From: the human T2T-CHM13v2.0 reference genome, Homo sapiens
Length of the DNA: 64,000 nt
Direction: 5' to 3' (one strand)
Assembly (NCBI RefSeq): GCF_009914755.1
Contig: NC_060929.1
Shown: positions 13,471-30,392 of the stretch, one piece after another
Layout of the letters: each line of letters starts with the position of its first letter
Numbering within the stretch: position 1 is the first letter of the stretch
Program-made: the position numbers and the translations under genes
Notes under the pieces: generated by a model
Seen by the model: the letters and a program-made list of their open reading frames with translations, nothing else
The model's database searches: none
What the model was told of the DNA's origin: nothing

Positions 13471-15015
13471 AGCTATTCTGAATAGTTCTTAGCTGCTGTG
13501 GCTGAGTGATGTGGGAGGGTCTGCATGCAGGCCTGCTGAGGAGCAGCTCCACAGAAGCAGCAGCCCCAGCCTGGGAGAGAGCATGAACTGAGGAGGCCAT
13601 GGCAGTCTAACAAAGGACACAGCATTGGGAGATGGAATGTAGGGAATTCAAACGTCCCCATCTCCATGGTGTTGTCCTGGAAACCTTGTAAAGGTGACAG
13701 ATCATTGCAGTTTCACCCTCCTTCTCCCATCTCAGCAGGTGGGACCACCCTCGGTGGTGAGGAGGAGAGAAAGGTAATCAGGTTCCGCTCTGGATGGGCA
13801 GCCCTCTCCAGGGAGCCTGTGACGAGCTCTGCGGCAGCCTGGTGCAGAGCCGATGCGGGAGGCAGGCTGGGCGGGTGCATCGTGCAGAACTGGTTACGGG
13901 TTATGGCAGGCGTGGGTGTTTTATGGCTGTGGCAGTGGCACAGGCTTGCTAGGGGCTGTTTGTGAGAAGCATTATTGCGTGCCTTTTTATTACTTGCATC
14001 GAAGATGTTCTTTCTACAGAGCTTGTCCCTTTGTCCAAAGTCTCTCTCCCTTCTTTCCTGTTCTATCAGAAACATGCATTGTGTAGAAGCACAGAAACTA
14101 CCAAAATCACATCACACACACACTACAAATCTGTGCACACATATAACCTGGTGGCCCACGTCCCTCTGTATGCCAAGAATCCCCACACATAAGGGAACAG
14201 GGGAGCCGGTCCTTGTGGGGCATGGGGAAGGCCCCACACCACTTAGCTTCTCCCTGACCTTTGGTTTCTTCCCTCTTCTGTTCTTTCAAAGATCTGTTAA
14301 AGATGCAAATACAGAAATTAACAGTCAGCATTACTGCCCAAACTATCAATCCACACATATTTAGTCTGTGTCTACAAATACAAGGCTCAGCCTGCTTGTC
14401 ACCAAGAGCCACACAGGTTTCCAGCATAACTGGAGAAGTGGAACCCACCCAGGGCCTGGAAAGGGGATATGCTACACAGGAGTCTTGGTCTTTCTCCTGC
14501 CACTTCCTCAGCTGTGTGACCTTCTCTGTCCCTTCCCCTTTCTGGCTTTTTGTTTGCCTGTTTAAGCAATAAAGATTTCATACCAGGTGATCTCTGTGTT
14601 TCCATTTAGCCCCAACATTCTGTGATTCTGTTGAATCTGTCATCTTGGTTTCCCCACAGCCCTCCACTCTTTCTTTAGAATGAAGCATTATTGGTAAAAA
14701 GCCCATATTGCAATACCTTTCATGTGCACCTGCTAATGCAGTGTCCCCAGCCCCCGGCAAGGCCCTTTAAGCTATTTCAGGGGGTCCCGAGGGAGAGTCC
14801 CATATGTACTAACAAATAAATCTGGTCAGCTATTACCTGGCATCTGCCATTTCTCCCTTCTGGTTGCCCTCTATGATGCTCAGAGCAATGCTCTGCTGTG
14901 TTCATTGGCTGGCAGATGTTGCTTCACCAGATCCTTCAGTGCCCAGAGGCAAGCCACCTCCTGCCAGGCCCTGCTACTTCCTCAGACCTCCATGGCCTCC
15001 AAGGGAGGGAGCTCA

Positions 15016-15058
15016 GTGACGTCACAGCGCCCCTCTGCTCCACTCCCACCCCCGCCCC
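15016..15058. promoter_or_regulatory. Perfect CRE palindrome plus Sp/KLF GC box
   Basis: GTGACGTCAC at 15016-15025 and CCCCGCCCC at 15050-15058 in non-repeat sequence; reverse CCAAT (ATTGG) at ~14904. Function is inferred from motifs only. Confidence 0.4.
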
Positions 15059-16147
15059 TGGTGCCTTCGGACTCCAAGGCTACTCCAGGAAATCAGTTTC
15101 CACTTCTGTCAATTACTGATTCTTTTGCCACTGTGTGAGGGCTCTAGGGGTAAAGTAGGGGAGAATGCACCCGTTTTTCTTTAGTTCCCCACTGGAATGT
15201 GCACAGCTTTGCCTTCCAGTGGCTTATAGAATTCTCAGTGAGAATTCTTTCCGTGTTGGTTTACTTTCAAGACATAAACCCACCAGAAGCTGGGATGAGG
15301 AAAAACTGGAGTGTAAGAAATGCCCTGGATTCAGAATTACTCTGCCTTCCAATAATAAAGGATTTGGTTAAGGGATAATATAGAATTGGAAAGTTTGCTG
15401 TATAGAATTTTCTTAGGGGATACAGGAATGTTTACATTGCATTCTGATCCATATTCTTTATGCCTTGTGTCTCCTAAGGGACTTACAGTTACGAGAGACT
15501 GTGCTAAATAGAAAACAGGCATCATTTTACTCCAGTGCAGAACACTAGCAAACTGAGAGTACACAGCATGAACCTGAGATCTAAAGGGAATTTTTCTCCC
15601 TCCTGTTCCGAACCTGCATCTTGAGATCTGACTGCCTGCGTGGGTCAGGAGAGTGAAGCGATACACCTCACTTTGAGCATCTAGCCTAGTACCTGGCATG
15701 TAGGAGATAGATAATTTGGTACATGTTGGTTCATCGAGTGAGGAACTAAATAAAGGAAAGAAGAGTGGGCAAGACAGAGAGAGCTAGGCTCAAAAGACAG
15801 GCCACATCTGTCACATTGGCAGATAAGTGAGAACCTCTGGTTCTTTTCTCCCAGACAGTCATTATTCCAAACGTTCCATTATAATTGATTTTGTTTTAGC
15901 ATATACACACATAGCGTGTTTCTTCATTCGCTGATGGTAATAGTGAGAATGTATATTCTTTGCTTCTCCTGGAAATGTGTATAAGTAAGCCTAAGATTAA
16001 GAGCTGTGCTAATGATTTTAGTAAATGGCGTCACCTACCCACAAATCCTGTAAGCTTGTCTTGTATAACTGATGCTTCTGTGCCTTTTAAGCTTAGGGAT
16101 AAAATGGGTAGAAGACACAGGAAGACAAAATTCCATTCAAAGAATGA

Positions 16148-16450
<303 letters not shown>

Positions 16451-17913
16451 TAAACATAAAGTAAATTTTGAGTTAAGGTAGGTGATCTTTGGGGGTAGTG
16501 TTACTCCTTACTGGAAGTATTCAATCAGAGACTGCATGACTACTTGTTTAGAAGGTTATATGAGAGATTCAAACACCAGAAGGGCAATAAATTGGCTCTA
16601 AAATCCTCTCTAAGTGTAGGAGTCCATATTTGTTTGGAAATTTTTTTAACACTAGTTTTACTATAAGTTCATAAGGAGACATCACCCAACCCAAGGATTA
16701 GACTTCCTTTGTAAGCTTGACACAGAGATGAGTAGGATGAATAAACTGTTCATGGCTAGGAGGCCATCTAATATCATCACTCATACTGTCAAAAATGGGG
16801 CTAAAGGATTTTAGAACATTGGGTCCAGCTTACAATCCCAGTCCAAGTGTACTTTTTCATGTCAACTGTCCAATCTGGAGATCCTCTTTCTCTCTTAACG
16901 ACCTCTTCACTGATGACCTTATCAGTAAGATTGACTTTCTTCACACTACACTGTAAGGATCACAATAAGAGAGACTATGTCTGTGATGTATATGGGTGCA
17001 TCCTGAGCACCTAGCATAGTGTCTGTCATGTAGTAGATAGATAATGAGTTCGTACTGGTTGATTTAATACCAAACCTTTCCATTTAAGTCACAGTGTACT
17101 GAATACCATAAATTCAAAGACAGAAGTCTATGGGCCAGTCCAGAGATAGAAAAAATACTTCTGACTGCATCTTAGTCCTTGATCTAGAGTGTCAACAGCA
17201 TCTTAAGACTGCTTAAGGACCCAGTTAAAGAGAAGTGTAGGCCTATTCCTGAATAGCGGCTGAATCTGCTTAAGTCAAGGGTCCTATTTTATATATCAGT
17301 GCATTTGGGTGGGTGTGGCTGGCTGGCGAAGAGCTAATATTTTCAAGTGATGTTCACTGGAGAATATTAATGGGAGAGAAACTAGTTACTGTGAAGTTGT
17401 TATCTAAGGAGGGTAGAGGACTGTGTAGATGAGGCTAAGTTAGAGCGTTCAGTCTTCATTACGAATCTCTTAGGAACAACTTCTTTCATAGCTAAGCATG
17501 ATTGCCATAAACTGGGATAGTTCTTTTGCAAATGTGTGCCTTTGATTTCAAAGAGATGGGCTCAGAGAGTAGCAGTGATTGCATGTACTCCATCTATGCG
17601 AGTGGAGATAATCTGGAATATAATGCGGTGAGTATTTCTAGGGGTTTGTGATCTTCCTTGGATCCTCCATGCAGCTTGGCCATCCTTCCACAGGTTCCAA
17701 GTCACATCCCTTCTCCATTTTTCCTCCCTGGCTCTTACCCAATTTTACCCCTTTCTGAAAATGCCCAGTTTTGTCATTTTTTTTTTCTAACACGGATGAA
17801 CTTTACTACTTCACTGAAAAGATGGATCATCATTATCATTCTTGCCACACCAACTGCCTCTTGTGATATCTGCAAGCATATCTCCTATCTCTTTTCCTCC
17901 TTTCTCCCTATAT

Positions 17914-17953
17914 CAGAGAGAGAGGTGGGGAGAGAGAGAGGGAGAGAGAGAGA
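17914..17953 (+). repeat. (GA)n-rich purine tract
   Basis: agagagagaggtggggagagagagagggagagagagaga seen directly. Confidence 0.8.
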
Positions 17954-18219
17954 TTCATTCTGCTGGCCAAGGGTCATCTCTTTGCCCATCTTTGTATCCC
18001 ATCTTCTATCACTCCCTTGTGAATCTTGTTTTGCCAGTCATTTACTTTGTGGCCTTTTCCTCAATTGCCACCTCTATCACACTTGTTCTTTCTTCTCAGT
18101 GTATAAATATAACCAGTACCAGATTCCCCACAAGCTATAGTTTGATTTCTTTCCTCCTCTTAATAGTCAGTTTTCTTCAAAGGCATACACTAGTTTTCAG
18201 CATTTTTACTACAGCCTGT

Positions 18220-19675
18220 TTGTCAGAACCCATTTAGTCACCCACCAATACGATGTCCTCTCCTCCCCGACACATTGCAATTGCTCCTTCTACCTGGTAA
18301 TAAACTCTGTGTTTTCAAGTCCTGTGGATATTTCCTGTGCTATTCCTTCTCAAACTCTTTGTGACATTTGGCATCGACCATCTCTTTTGATTGCTGTGGC
18401 ACGACTGTCTGCTGGTTTTCCTCCCCTCTGCCTGACAGTGTTTCTCAACCAGGGATCCTCACCTGGGACACATAACACAGAAAATAGTTTGAGTGATGTT
18501 ATTGTCTCAATTCTCCTATGGAAGGTACATAACTAGTACCCTTCTGGGAGAGAAGTTAAACCATTACATACAGCGGATGCCTCAGGGCATTTGAGTTTCT
18601 CTCTCTCAGTGCTTGAGAAAAGCGTGACACCATCTCTGCTTTCTTCCAGGATTTCTTTCTTTTTCTTTCCTTCCTTACTCTAATTTCTCATTCTTCTAAT
18701 CCTAAACATTCTCTCTGGGTGGACACTTCTAAGCCTGTGGCAGGAACTACCAATTATAATCTTGTGATTCTGAAAACACTCTTAAGCCAGACCTCTGTGC
18801 TAAATGCCATACCCTTGTACCTGTTTGCCTCCCTGACAGCTCTCCTTGTATAGCTCACAACTAACTCAAATGCAATATGTCCAAAATAAACTCACCATCT
18901 TCCCCATAGACTTTCTCGTTCTCCTAAATGGTATCATCATTCACCCAGACACCCAAGCCAGATCTGGGAGGTGTTTAAGATTCTATTTTCTCATATATCC
19001 TTCCCTAATATAATTATTTACTAAATTGCTTCCATATTTACTTTCTTGGTGTCTGATTACTAATTTTTTATCATGAATTTAATTCAGGCCCTCAATCTCT
19101 AGATTTCAACCAGGTAGAAGCTTCCCAAGGGTCTCCTTATTTCAAAGTACACTACTTCCCTCCCACCACAATAACCACAGAACAATTAATCTAATATTCA
19201 AATGGGATTATGCCTCTCCCCACTTCAACGTTTTCAAGTTCTCCCTCCATGTCTACAATAGCTTTTATCTACTACAATGCATTTTGAACTGCTATTTGGT
19301 GGATAGGGTCCTCCATGATTGGTCTTTGGTCACCTCTGGCCTCATAGCTTTCTTACACACCATGTATTCTAATGATTTTCATATGCTTACCCATTGTTTA
19401 CTCTTGCCCTGCGATGCCTGTCCCCTCTTTGCTACCTTAAGCGCCTGCTCCCCATATCCAGTTGAAATCCTTTTCCTCTAAATTTGCTCCCTACTCAGTT
19501 ACACACTAATCAAGGCACACGCCACACAGTAGTTGCTGATTTACTTACTGGTCTCTTCAATTAGACTGTGAACTTATTAGGGGCAGAGGCAATGCTTAGT
19601 TGATTTCTTCCTCTATAACTAGTGTTCAGATACAAAGAAGGCACTAAATAGATGCTTATTTAATGAGCAATAAAT
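18220..19675 (+). mobile_element. L2 long 3' fragment (degenerate, possibly with small insertions)
   Basis: ctcaaatgcaatatgtccaaaataaactcaccatcttcccc..aaatggtatcatcattcaccca..ttagactgtgaacttattaggggcagaggc..gcactaaatagatgcttatttaatga. Confidence 0.7.
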
Positions 19676-19835
19676 CTGAAATATAATTTTCAAAGGTAGA
19701 AGAATAGATTAATTGTTTTAACTAATGGCAAAGAGAGGAGTCCTGGATTTAGAATCAGATATTTGAGATCCCATCCCAACCTACTGTTAACCAGTGATCT
19801 GTCACTGGGTAGATCACTTAACTTATTTTAGCCTC

Positions 19836-22743
<2,908 letters not shown>

Positions 22744-23109
22744 GTCTCACTTTCCTCATCAATAAAGTGGGGAAAGTATAAAGTACCTTATGGGTCCCAA
22801 AGGGCGGATTATGAAAGATCACGTGAAATCTCATGAGAATCAAGAATATGAAAGGGCTGCAGAGATGGAAGACATTTTTACTATTTTGTATAGAAAAAAA
22901 GAGCTGAGAGGAAAGATAAAACCTCTGTGTTCAAGTTTTCTACATCTTGATGTACTGTTTAAAACCACATCTGTGGCTTTTGTGCTCTGGAATTAAAGAA
23001 TAATCAAGCTAAGTATCTTGTGAGGTCATAGCATATGAGATTATGCTCTTATTCTCCAGCAATCATGACAGAGGAAGAGTTGATATCCATTTATATATTA
23101 TAAATTGGT

Positions 23110-23500
23110 TCACTCGTTCCATTATTTTTTCTTGAGAAACTGTATGGAATCAGACACTGAACTCAGTACTATGAGGAATATGGAGAAGAAATGGACAGGA
23201 ATCATGTCTTCAAGAAGGTTTCAGTTTAGGAAGAAGCTAATACATGCCACTTTCTACTTTGCTTTGTAAATATTTATAATGAGTCACAGATAAAAGGCTA
23301 ACAGAGGGATTCTGGGAGGACTTCAGGGAGGAGATGATATTGGCCTTAAGAGATGGACAGGAGGTGGATATGTAGGGTGGGCAATGGGGAAAGAGAGCCT
23401 GCAAATGGCATCAACTCTACTTGTAGAAATTCAGGAGTAGGTCAGATTTGCCCAAGTAAAGGTAGAGAGGCATGTGAAGAATAAATAGGAATGGTAAGTA
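23110..23500 (-). mobile_element. L2 fragment
   Basis: tcactcgttccattattt..tcatgtcttcaagaagg..ctgggaggacttcagggaggagatgat..ggccttaagagatggacagga. Confidence 0.5.
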
Positions 23501-24307
23501 GAATCATTTAGCGCAATAAAATAGTGCAATAGAGGATGTGATCTCATAGTTCTCAGTTGTCAGAATTTTCTTCATTAAGGAGGGAGAGATTTGGTAACAC
23601 CTAAGAGGGGATCTCAATATTGGCTCTCCAACTTCCGCTAGTGTCATTCTGAATGCTTCCTACTTGACCTGACCTTCAATTTCATAACCCCTATTGTAAT
23701 ATTGTGAAGTAAATTTAATAAACTTACCTTACCTCTCAGGGGTGTCATGGAGTATAATGACTACATCCTAAGCAAAGCATTAATTGGGTTTTTCAGGTAA
23801 AGGTGCTCAGTAAGTAAAAATGCTAATGCTGTTATGAGTTTCCTTCCTTCTCTGTCATCCTGGGAAGCAGAAATGATGTTTACACAGCCATGCAAAACCA
23901 TCTTCCTCAGCACTCTAACCTTATGGGAGGATAAAAATATGTGTAGTAATAAAAATCAAGCTGCGTTTGAAGCACTGAGAGGGAGGGCTTGTCCACTGGA
24001 TGGTTCCCTGGGGTAGGCAACTTGTAAACCCTATTTTAATCTTCATCAACAGAAGACATGATCCTATAAAGGAACATTCTTAAGAAGTGGAAACGTATTT
24101 GTTCTTGCAAATTGACAACATCACGGATCCGATTATAGTGCTAATTTTGTTTGTTTCTTGGTGGTACACAGTTAAGCAAGGGAGACATGGTCTTGTCTAT
24201 TTGGCCCCTTTGTGGCCGAGCTAAAGTCTATTTACTTAATTACTTTCAGGTGGAAGCTTTCCAGTCATGTGTGGAGTTAGGAAATATTCATTCCCAATAG
24301 GGAAGAC

Positions 24308-24816
24308 TGCTAGGAGACAGTCTTCCATGAGATCTTGCATTACTGCCTATGTTCTGAGCAAGAGACATGAACAGCCTCGTGTGGGACTATATGTTAAGGA
24401 TATTTATACAGCAAATAGCTTTGGAAGATAAAGATATTGTCCCCCTCTGGAGTATAGGGCAGATTTCTTTCCTGACCAGGATAACATAGATAATATGTAA
24501 CTCTGGGGCAAAGGTTTGTCAGGTTTGCTAGTGTCTCCATGAAACATTGGAGGTTTCCTAAGCTTAGGGTTCCTCAGCTAGGTCACAAACACATTGTGCT
24601 TGCTGTATCTACCTGGGCCCATCTCTATGTTGCCCCATAAAATTCTGGGGCAAGGGAAATAGAGGCAAACATGTAGTTTATGCTGCCTGCTGTGCTGTGA
24701 CAATAAAGTCTTTTGTCTCTGACCCAGGAATCTCATGCCTTCTGCTAACATGTATGGAACTATGGCAGACTAAATTATCAGTTTACAAGATCTCAGACCC
24801 TTCCTAGTTCTTGACA
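24308..24816 (+). mobile_element. ERVL-class solo LTR (MER68/MER77-like)
   Basis: ggagacagtcttccatg..gctttggaagataaagatattgtccccctctggag..ctctggggcaaagg..AATAAAgtcttttgtctctgacccagga..cttgaca; TSD not resolved. Confidence 0.72.
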
Positions 24817-24899
24817 CTGAATTTGCTACCTATTTTCTACCCAAATAATTTAATGCTTTTGCATCTATTTTCTTTTCTTTTTTCTGCCAACCATAGGAG

Positions 24900-25570
24900 C
24901 TATGCACTGCCTTAAATCAGTGCCTCGTTATAGCACCCTGGGGGAGGTAATGCAGCAGCTTCCTGACTGCTTTATTGCCTCCAGTCTCTCCTCACCCTTC
25001 ATTCATGTCCTACACAGTTGCCAGACTTAAGTCCCTAAAGCACAGCCTTGATCACATCACTCCTTCACTCCATAATATCTAATGGGTCCCTATTGCCAGA
25101 ATGAATTATAACCTCTAGATGAAATAAATACCTCCGATGGTCAGGCCTTACTGTGTATCTTCAGTTCTCTGCTTTTACTATTCTTCCTTTGCACTCCAGT
25201 CTCTAACCAAGCCAAACCACCCACATTCCCCAAACACAGTCTGCCATTTCCTGCTTCATATCTGTTCTCATGTTGTTTCTTTTGCCAGGAATGCTCATGC
25301 TACTCTTTATGTCTGCCCCCGAAATTCTATCATTTTTTTCACTCATGCTTAAATACTAATTTCTTCAACATGCTTTCTCATTTTCTACCCCAACCAAAAC
25401 TATAATTTCTCATGGCACTTTTCTCATTCAGTTTTGTGCTGCAGTCACCGATATGCATCTTACCGTCAGTTGAGGGCAAAGATCACCTTGTGTTCTTCTT
25501 TGTATCACGTCATCTCGCTCATTAGCGCCTTTTAAATGGGCACTCAGTTAAGTGTTCTGAATTACATTTT
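24900..25570 (+). mobile_element. L2 3' fragment
   Basis: gcagcttcctgactg..cctccagtctctcc..tcctacacagttgccaga..gatcacatcactcc..gagggcaaagatcacc..gggcactcagttaagtgttctga. Confidence 0.68.
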
Positions 25571-28039
25571 GATTTGATAGATGACTCTATTGGAGTTCAG
25601 AGAGGCAAAGATGTTTGTTGAGGCTACACAGCAAATTGGTGAGAAAATATGTGGACCTGAATGTTAGTCTTCTGGTTTTAAGCAAAGGAGGGAATGTTTC
25701 ACTCCCTGGGAAGCCTGATCTTGGCATTATGTGCCTTAAGGAGTTGGCAGCTGTATGTTAGAGGGGAAGATGTTAGTGACAAAGATCAGGCTCTAAAATC
25801 TAATCAAGCAGTTTGCTTCCTAGGTGAAGCTACTGGGCTTTCATTCAAATATTATTTATTCTGATTCTAATTTATAAATTCACCCATAAATGGGGTGACA
25901 TTAAGTATCACCCCATTTAGAGAAGTGTAGGGGGAGTGGCTTCCCACAGGTCCTCAAGACCCTGCTCCAGAGGTGGCTGCTGCAGCCCTGCCCATGGCTG
26001 GTAGCCAGACTCTTGGGAAAGTCAAGTCTTTACTGCCTATTGGAGATCAGGATGGAGCAGCTAAAATTCCTGCCCTACAGCAAATCTGCTGACTCCCTGG
26101 GCTGTTTTGGAGGAGGGAAAGGAAGGCGATTTTATCATGTTGTTCTACAAGAAAGAGAAGTATGACTCTCAGGCTGTCTTTCCTGGAAGATGAAGACTGC
26201 CTGGCTCGTGGAGGGTCCTTCACTGCTGGGTGTCCCTGACGGAGAGGTGAACACATAATTCTCCCCAAGTTCACATTCCTGACCATTAGCATCTTTTGTA
26301 GATGATTAAACAGTGAGCTGGTTCTCTGATGGTAACATTTATTGAACTATTCATCACAGGCTGATCACAGATTCTTAGAGCAGCAGAAAGCTTTGGGCTT
26401 CCCTAACCTAATCCAATAGGGAAACTGAGGCCCAGAGGGACCTCTTAACTCTTATATTTTCTCTTCTCTCACTCCAAGGCCTTGGTCTTTAGGTGACCTT
26501 GAATAGAGAGAATAGTGTTGATTAGGGCAATCATGGATAGTGAAACACTACAGAAATACTCCTGGAATCCAAGGAAAATGTGTCACAGAGGAACACATCC
26601 CTTGCTAGGAGAAGTGGACTGCCTTCCCAGAAGATGAAGAAACAGACATTCAAACAAAAGTAACTCACAGAACCTCTAATTTGGATAAGATACTATTTTT
26701 TAAAGAACAAATTAAGAAACACTTCTTGTTTTCCACACACAAAAAAGCTGGAAAGGGGTGACAAGGCAACCGTACAAAAATGTAAGCAGTACTGTGTGCA
26801 GTATTAGGTTTATTAGGGTGAGCCAGGGGGAGCTTTTGTCCGTGCCTTGAATCACAATGGATGCAGTGGAATCTCTGTCATTAAAATTTGAAGGTAGATA
26901 AACAGTAAATATTTCCAGGGATAATTACTTAGTGCTGGGCAAACCTCAAAGTGTTGGAAGTTCTAGCTCCTGTTGGATCAGGGCCATAGAGCTGGGGGTA
27001 TTTATCTAAAGCTTATCTGAATCATCTCAGCAGCAGAGGTAGGTACAATTTGGCAGGCACTCTTCACTTGGTTATGTTTGAGAGGTTTAATAATAACAGT
27101 TAAAAAAAAAAACTTTCCCTAAGGAGATGTTTATTATTCCTACAATATCACCAGCAGCAGAATCATTCCTATTTCCTTTGCCCTGCCCCTTCCACTCCAT
27201 CAGACCTCATTTACAAATCCCAACAAACTCAGTAAAGCCTGGTTTGCAAAAATGAAGCTCTTCCCTGCATATGTTTCCTGGAAGAGTCTTTCTTCAGTGG
27301 AATTTTTCAACAACTGAACTAGGAACATGGGGATTTGTTGTTGAATGTTTCAATTCTGAGTTGTATTTATTAAGTGCTCTTAGGTCCTTATCAGACAAGA
27401 CAGGGCACGTTCAGGGTGGTATGGCCATAGACCTCTTAGGTCCTTATCATAGAGAAAAATATAGAAGAAAAACATGTCTGCCCACCGAGAGTTTTTGGGT
27501 TCAGACTCCAGTTGTGTCATCAGCTTCTAGGGGTTAAACCTTGAGTACACCACTTTAAAGCTTGAGCCTTCTCATCTATAGAATAAGGGAATGGATCAGA
27601 TGATTGTAAGATAGTTCCAGTTCTAAAATACATGAAGCCACCATGAGAGCTAGAATGGATGTTAGATGTTTTGCAGTTTACTTTTCAGATACGGAAGCTG
27701 ATTAATTGGGACAGTCACTTTGCTTGTTTGAGTATCAAGCTTATCAAAGCAAGATGAAATCTGCACATGAGATGGTTACGTTAGCACTAAGGACAATAAA
27801 TAGCACATTTCCTAAATGTGTGGTACAGAAGCAAAGCAGCATGTTAGGATTAAACATTTCAGGAAGGCTGCACGAAGGGGAGATGGGATTTGCTAGAAGA
27901 AAGGGAAGGATGGTGAGGCTGACAGCAGAGGCAAAGGCACAGAGATGGGGAAGGGGCAGCTGCATGTGAGCCAGGATGAACACTAAGGCAGGGTGACCGA
28001 AAGTAAAGCGCGTGTCTGCCTGCTGGCACTTCCACCGGG

Positions 28040-28492
28040 ATTCTGGGTAGCATATAGACTTGGTATTAAATGATGTAGAATTGTGTTGTGAGAAAAGTTA
28101 TTTTCTTTTCAATTCTCTTTTAATTCATCTGATTATGTCAGGGAGAAAGACTCATGTGTGCGCTAATATATTTTTTAAAGCCTCAATATTCCTCTCAACC
28201 TTTTTTTTTAAGCAAAAAATGCAAGTTTTTGTTTCAGAGACATCATCAAGTAACAGTGTCTCTTAAATTTAATAACTTTGGCTTGTTCTTGTATTTATTT
28301 TGAGGTTTCCTTCTATTTATGGCAAGTGATATAATTTTTCCATTTGTATAGTAATGTGAGGTTTCCTCTTTAAGTAATTTTAAATGGAAATGTATCATTT
28401 TAAATTAAAGTACTAAGTAAATAACAATGCAGGTGGTCGAGGGCATGGAAAAGTCCAGAAATGATGTAGGAGTGATGATGTTTGGGAAATCC
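28040..28492 (+). mobile_element. MER113-like hAT-Charlie element
   Basis: ttttcaattctcttttaattcatctgattatgtcagggagaaag..ccttctatttatggcaagtgat..gcaggtggt..tttgggaaa; homologous to 57640-58110. Confidence 0.7.
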
Positions 28493-30046
28493 TGAGGTGA
28501 TTGTTAAGAGCCTGGGCTCTGGAGCAAGACAGGAGTGAGTTCCAATATTGCCTCTGATACTTACCAGCTTTATGACTTTGAGACTGATTTTGGGGGTTAC
28601 ATGGAGATGGAAGAGCAAAGAAAGATAATGATGAGTTTAGGAAAGGATTTGCAGGATTGTCAGGAAGTGAACACAGCTTGTCTCATGCCTTTCCTTACCA
28701 CAGGCTCTGACCCTTTGGAAACAGGTGCTTCCTTTTGAAGCACCTCCACCTTCAAGGCTGGGCTGTTTTTATTTACCCCTCTTTTGGTGCTATTAGTATC
28801 TTACTGACCCCCCTTCATTCTGTGGATAGAAAGCTACTGTGGCATGGTGGAAGGAACACTGGGCTTGAACTTGGGAGACCAAGCTTTGAACCACTGACTC
28901 TTTTTGGAAAAGTCACTTAATCTCTGTGATCTTGAACATCAGTGTTAATGATATGGGGATAATTATATCAAATACCCAGGATTATTGTGGGAATGGCCAC
29001 CAGGACATTCCTAGCACACAATAGGTCTTCAATAAGTGGCTGTCACTGTCCTCAAGTATATATTACATACAGCTCATCGGCACATCTTTTTGGAGTGTTT
29101 GTCTACTTTACTAACACTGTGCCATCATAAGAGATAGATACTTCTCTTTAGGTAGCTAAGTTTCTGAGGACCAAACTGCAGACTGTTTAAAATGCTCAGC
29201 ATGACTGGGTAAAAGGGCATTTCAACAAACAGTTCTGCAACTTAATCTGGCAGATTCTTGACATCAGCATGATCTTGGTTCTAAAATTTCCCCCTTCTGA
29301 CTCTTGACCTATACAAAAGAAAACCTGCAGAGACATCTAAATCTAGCTTTGTATTATGTATTATATGTGGCAATCTTACTTTCTTGATGTCTTGTATATT
29401 CTGAGGCCTCTTTCAGTTACAAATGATAGAAATGGAATGCAACAGGATTAGTCAGGACAGAGAACTTTTCAACCCATGAAAGATAAAAGGGGAAAGTGAC
29501 TAATTCATGTAACTGGAAAATAGGGAGTATGTTAACTACAGGCATGGCTGGATCTAGGTGCTCAATGATATTATCAGGACTGGTGAGTAACGCAAATATC
29601 ATTTTACCTTTGATCATCCAAACAGAATTTAAAATGCTGTGGTATACATGTGAGCTATTTAAGGTGTTGTCAACTCTACTGTGGTGACCTCCTCCTCACA
29701 GTAGCCATCATCATTCCTAACATTCACTATATCTAGAACTAGTGCAATGGACATGGTTAGAGCTTTTAGAGAGTTCACTGTCTGAAGGAGAAGCTGAAAA
29801 TCTAAAACCTCACTTCTGTTTCTACTTCAGATTGCCAAGGTAAAGTGCCACGTTTATAAAAAGTGTAATACGCTATGATATTAGGGCAGAAAATTCCAGA
29901 CAACAACCAGGCTTCTCCCTCGATTGTATAGGGGATAAAATTGAGGCTCAGAAAAATTAAGTGACTTTCACAAAGATACACGTAAATTCAATGACCTATC
30001 TAGTGTTACAACTCAGATTTCCTGGGTCCTAGTTGAATATACTTTT

Positions 30047-30392
<346 letters not shown>

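Noticed and set aside
15026-15042. CTCF-like CAGCGCCCCTCTGCTCC
   Set aside because: It lacks the key CC of the core (GG in this orientation); weak match only.
17658-18237. 160-aa and 131-aa hydrophobic ORFs
   Set aside because: They cross pyrimidine-rich, low-complexity DNA and a (GA)n tract, have non-ATG starts and no recognisable domain.
29109-29210. Perfect branch point TACTAAC with downstream ctttAG
   Set aside because: Several AGs lie between the branch point and the acceptor, and all frames downstream are closed; likely chance.
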